The notes beneath the pieces were generated by a model that was not told the origin of the DNA, did not search any database, and was given only the letters and a program-made list of their open reading frames with translations. Of a stretch of 20,367 bases of DNA, positions 18,244-20,367 are shown piece after piece (the first letter of the stretch is position 1; the number at the start of each line of letters is the position of its first letter). Source of the stretch: Candidatus Xenobia bacterium (lineage in GTDB: Bacteria > Vulcanimicrobiota > Xenobia > Xenobiales > QWHO01); the NCBI GenBank assembly GCA_045863235.1, contig BTUM01000119.1:1-20367 (forward strand). The letters run 5' to 3'. The position numbers and the translations under genes are program-made.

Positions 18244-18304
18244 CGCTCATCACCCTGGAAAATTGGGCTGAAACCATCCGGCAATGTACAGGCGGCCCTG
18301 TTCT

Positions 18305-18718
18305 TTATTCAGGTGGTGCCGTCGGAGCGTCGCTCGGGACGGATCTTGCCTGGAAGAACTCGGCCACCTCCGGCTTGCCGAGCTCGTTGTTCACGACCCG
18401 CAGGGTCAGGTCGACCAGCTCGTCGTCGCTGACGGGGACCTTGTAGCCGTGCAGCTCCAAGAAGACCAGCGCCGCGGCGGTGCCGGTGCGCTTGTTCCCA
18501 TCTACGAAAGCATGGTTCTTGACGATATGGAACAGATACGCGGCCGCCATCTCAAAGACGCCCTTGTGCAGGTACTCGTCGCCGAAGCCGGCCTGGGGCA
18601 TGGCGATCGCCGAGTTCAGCAACTCGACGTCTCTCAGGCCCTTCTCGCCGCCGTAGCGCTCGAGCTGGTCCTGGTGGATGGCGACGATTTGCAGCAGATC
18701 AAGGAAGAAGAAGTCCAT
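18305..18718 (-). CDS. doc: Type II TA toxin, Fic/Doc (death-on-curing) family
   Basis: GG..GLRD..LL.SA...P, AAAYLFHI.KNHAFVDGNKRT motif. Confidence 0.92.
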   Translation of the reverse strand: MDFFFLDLLQIVAIHQDQLERYGGEKGLRDVELLNSAIAMPQAGFGDEYLHKGVFEMAAAYLFHIVKNHAFVDGNKRTGTAAALVFLELHGYKVPVSDDELVDLTLRVVNNELGKPEVAEFFQARSVPSDAPTAPPE

Positions 18719-18756
18719 CAGGATGCTCCTTCCTCAAAAGCTGTGCGCATTCGGTA

Positions 18757-18984
18757 CTACTCTGCCAGACGTCGGAGAGCGCCAGCGTGACGTTCGTTCA
18801 CCTTTTCCAGAGCGGCACGGAAGCGCTCATCGCGCTGTTCGTCGTGAACCGGATGGATGACCAGCGCCTTGCCGTCGGTCGTGATGCTCAATGGCGTGTC
18901 GGCATCAATGCCCAGCAGCTCCATGATTGGGCGCTCTATGATCAGAGCGTAGCTGTTGCCGTGCTTGGTGAGTGTCTTTACCAT
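18757..18984 (-). CDS. AbrB/MazE/SpoVT-family antitoxin
   Basis: LTKHGNSYALII...I...LGI; C-terminal ...H...LRRLAE; directly upstream of doc; GAGGTGGAG RBS. Confidence 0.9.
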   Translation of the reverse strand: MVKTLTKHGNSYALIIERPIMELLGIDADTPLSITTDGKALVIHPVHDEQRDERFRAALEKVNERHAGALRRLAE

Positions 18985-18996
18985 GCTCCACCTCGT

Positions 18997-19023
18997 ACAT
19001 CCAATGTGTATCCAATGTTAGCA
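18997..19023 (-). promoter_or_regulatory. Putative TA promoter/operator
   Basis: Extended -10 TGcTAACAT (19023-19015, minus strand) overlapping direct repeats ATCCAATGT (18999-19007 and 19010-19018), consistent with TA autorepression. Confidence 0.55.
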
Positions 19024-19143
19024 CAGGTATAGGACGGTGTATACCCCCTATCCTGTTGGGGGTCGGGGTTTTCAGACGACGTGGGGGCTGGAGAACAGGC
19101 GGCGCGTCTGAAAGTCTCGGGTGGCGGTTGTGTAGCGCAAGTA

Positions 19144-19181
19144 GGGGTCACCTCACGAAACGGAAAATATCGTACGCTAAG
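19144..19181 (+). mobile_element. 38-bp Tn3-family terminal inverted repeat (Tn21-like), facing right
   Basis: GGGGTCACCTCACGAAACGGAAAATATCGTACGCTAAG fits the Tn21-type GGGG...AAACGGAAAAT...ACGCTAAG pattern. Confidence 0.85.
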
Positions 19182-19206
19182 CCCGACTGCCGACCCGCAA
19201 AATTAC

Positions 19207-19543
19207 AGGGCTTCCCAGGTTCCTGGGCGACCCGCTGTGTGCGCGCGCGTGCTCTCCGACCCCGGCGGGTCGGGCGGACCAGGCCATCTCGGTCCGCCCG
19301 ATGTTGCCTTCAGCCTTTCGGAAGGCTTAGGCCACCGCAGTTAGTGTATTTCGAGGCTCAATCACACGGCTCACCTACTCGCTGTCTACGCTTCGCAAGC
19401 AGGGTTACCCCTTACCCACGCAAGACTCGCTTCCGGGCGGCCGGCCAGCCTTACCCGGGCGGGGTTGGCTACCCGCAGGGTCACATTTCGAAGTTTCGGT
19501 GTTCTACCACCATCCTCTCCAAACCAGGCTTATCCTGGCGCAC
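19207..19543 (-). ncRNA. Group II intron 5' fragment (domain I), truncated; no RT ORF or domains V/VI in the window
   Basis: Minus strand begins GTGCGCCAGG and contains typical domain I strings (CCGGAAGCGAGTCTTGCG, GCGAAGCGTAGACAGCGA, GATTGAGCCTCGAAA, GAAGGCAACA, CCAGGAACCTGGGA). EBS1 CCGAAAGG is complementary to the exon end. Confidence 0.85.
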
Positions 19544-19555
19544 CCGAAAGGACAC

Positions 19556-19844
19556 GGTGCGGCTGCGCCGCACCGCCGCCCTTTCCGGCTCACCCGATCG
19601 ATTGAGGGTGCCGTGAGGGAGCCGCGTTCTCATTGGATGGCGCGCGTCCGCCGGCTGCGAAAACCCCGGGCGGACGCGCTCAGGTCCGGAGCTGTCCCCC
19701 GTGAAGGGCGGCATGGGTGCGGCTGCGCCGCACCGCCGCCCTTGCTTGCTTCCCCATCCTTTGGCACAAGGGCCGCCTGAATACCGTGCTCAACCAGGTG
19801 GCGCGCGTCCGCCAGCTGCGAAAACCCGGGGCGGACGCGCTCAG
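19556..19844. repeat. A-B-A-B array of palindromic repeats, period ~160 bp (REP/BIME-like)
   Basis: A (28 bp, identical copies) at 19556 and 19716; B (46 bp, 2 mismatches) at 19638 and 19799; each forms a GC-rich hairpin. Confidence 0.8.
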
Positions 19845-20233
19845 CAGGCGGAAGCTCCGTCCGCGAAGCGCGCGCCCTTTACCGGTAAAGTGCGCGCACT
19901 GCGCGAGAGGCATGGGCCGCGGGCCAACCCCCTTTTTTGAGTCTCGTCCAGCGCCAGGGTCTGCCCTCCGGCCCGCGCGCGATGGCTTATCGTCGCGCGG
20001 GCCGGTGGTGAGAGTCTCGGGGGTGGCGGTGACGCCGACTCGGGGCCCTCAACCAGGCAAAGGTGATTCCGGGCCCCGGCCGGCGTCACCGCAGAGGCGC
20101 CTGGCCTCACAGACCCCGGCGAAAGCAAGAGTGGGCCGGGCAAGACAAGGCGCGGGGGCCTCCTCGGCCGGGTGCGGCGCCGGCGGTCTCGAGCGGTTGC
20201 TTCGTCAGCCCTCTGCTGGCCTGACCAGGGCGT

Positions 20234-20303
20234 AGCACGGCCGCCGACGGGCCGTCAATTTTGTAGTGCAAAATCGTTTTGACGGCCCATCGGCGGCCGT
20301 GCT
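20234..20303. repeat. Long inverted repeat: 25-bp arms (24/25 match) with a 20-nt AT-rich loop
   Basis: AGCACGGCCGCCGACGGGCCGTCAA ... TTGACGGCCCATCGGCGGCCGTGCT. Confidence 0.8.
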
Positions 20304-20367
20304 TTGAATCGGCGTGAGGCCGGGCGCCGGGCAACCGAGGGCCCGTGCCCCCTCCTGACCGCCGGCC

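Noticed and set aside
18972..20334. Short ORFs in the right-hand region
   Set aside because: Arg/Pro/Ala-rich translations across an IR, intron RNA and palindromes, with no RBS or motif support.

Overview
High-GC bacterial window with two parts. Bases 1-~14950 are ordinary chromosomal genes: a 5'-truncated Gly/Asn/Ala-repeat protein, a BAAT-family acyl-CoA thioesterase homologue, a translationally coupled ACP / stand-alone PKS dehydratase / secreted FG-GAP-like operon, an 809-aa helical hypothetical protein, a small secreted protein, a Mug/TDG glycosylase, a Zn-ribbon protein-ygeW-Crp/Fnr run, and two exported QW-motif (prenyltransferase/squalene-cyclase fold) proteins. Bases ~15070-20367 are a cluster of mobile-element remnants. 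Two different IS21-family left halves are fused convergently, both cut at the same DDE Asp codon and joined through a 13-8-13 loxP-like inverted repeat; this is the most unusual signal in the window. After them come an IS-truncated DUF2380/SitA6-like toxin with an intact double-CXXCG immunity gene, two co-oriented 38-bp Tn3-family IRs flanking an AbrB/Doc toxin-antitoxin pair, the 5' domain of a group II intron still joined to its 5' exon (EBS1/IBS1 pairing visible), and an A-B-A-B palindromic repeat array. All calls come from reading motifs by eye; no searches were run.
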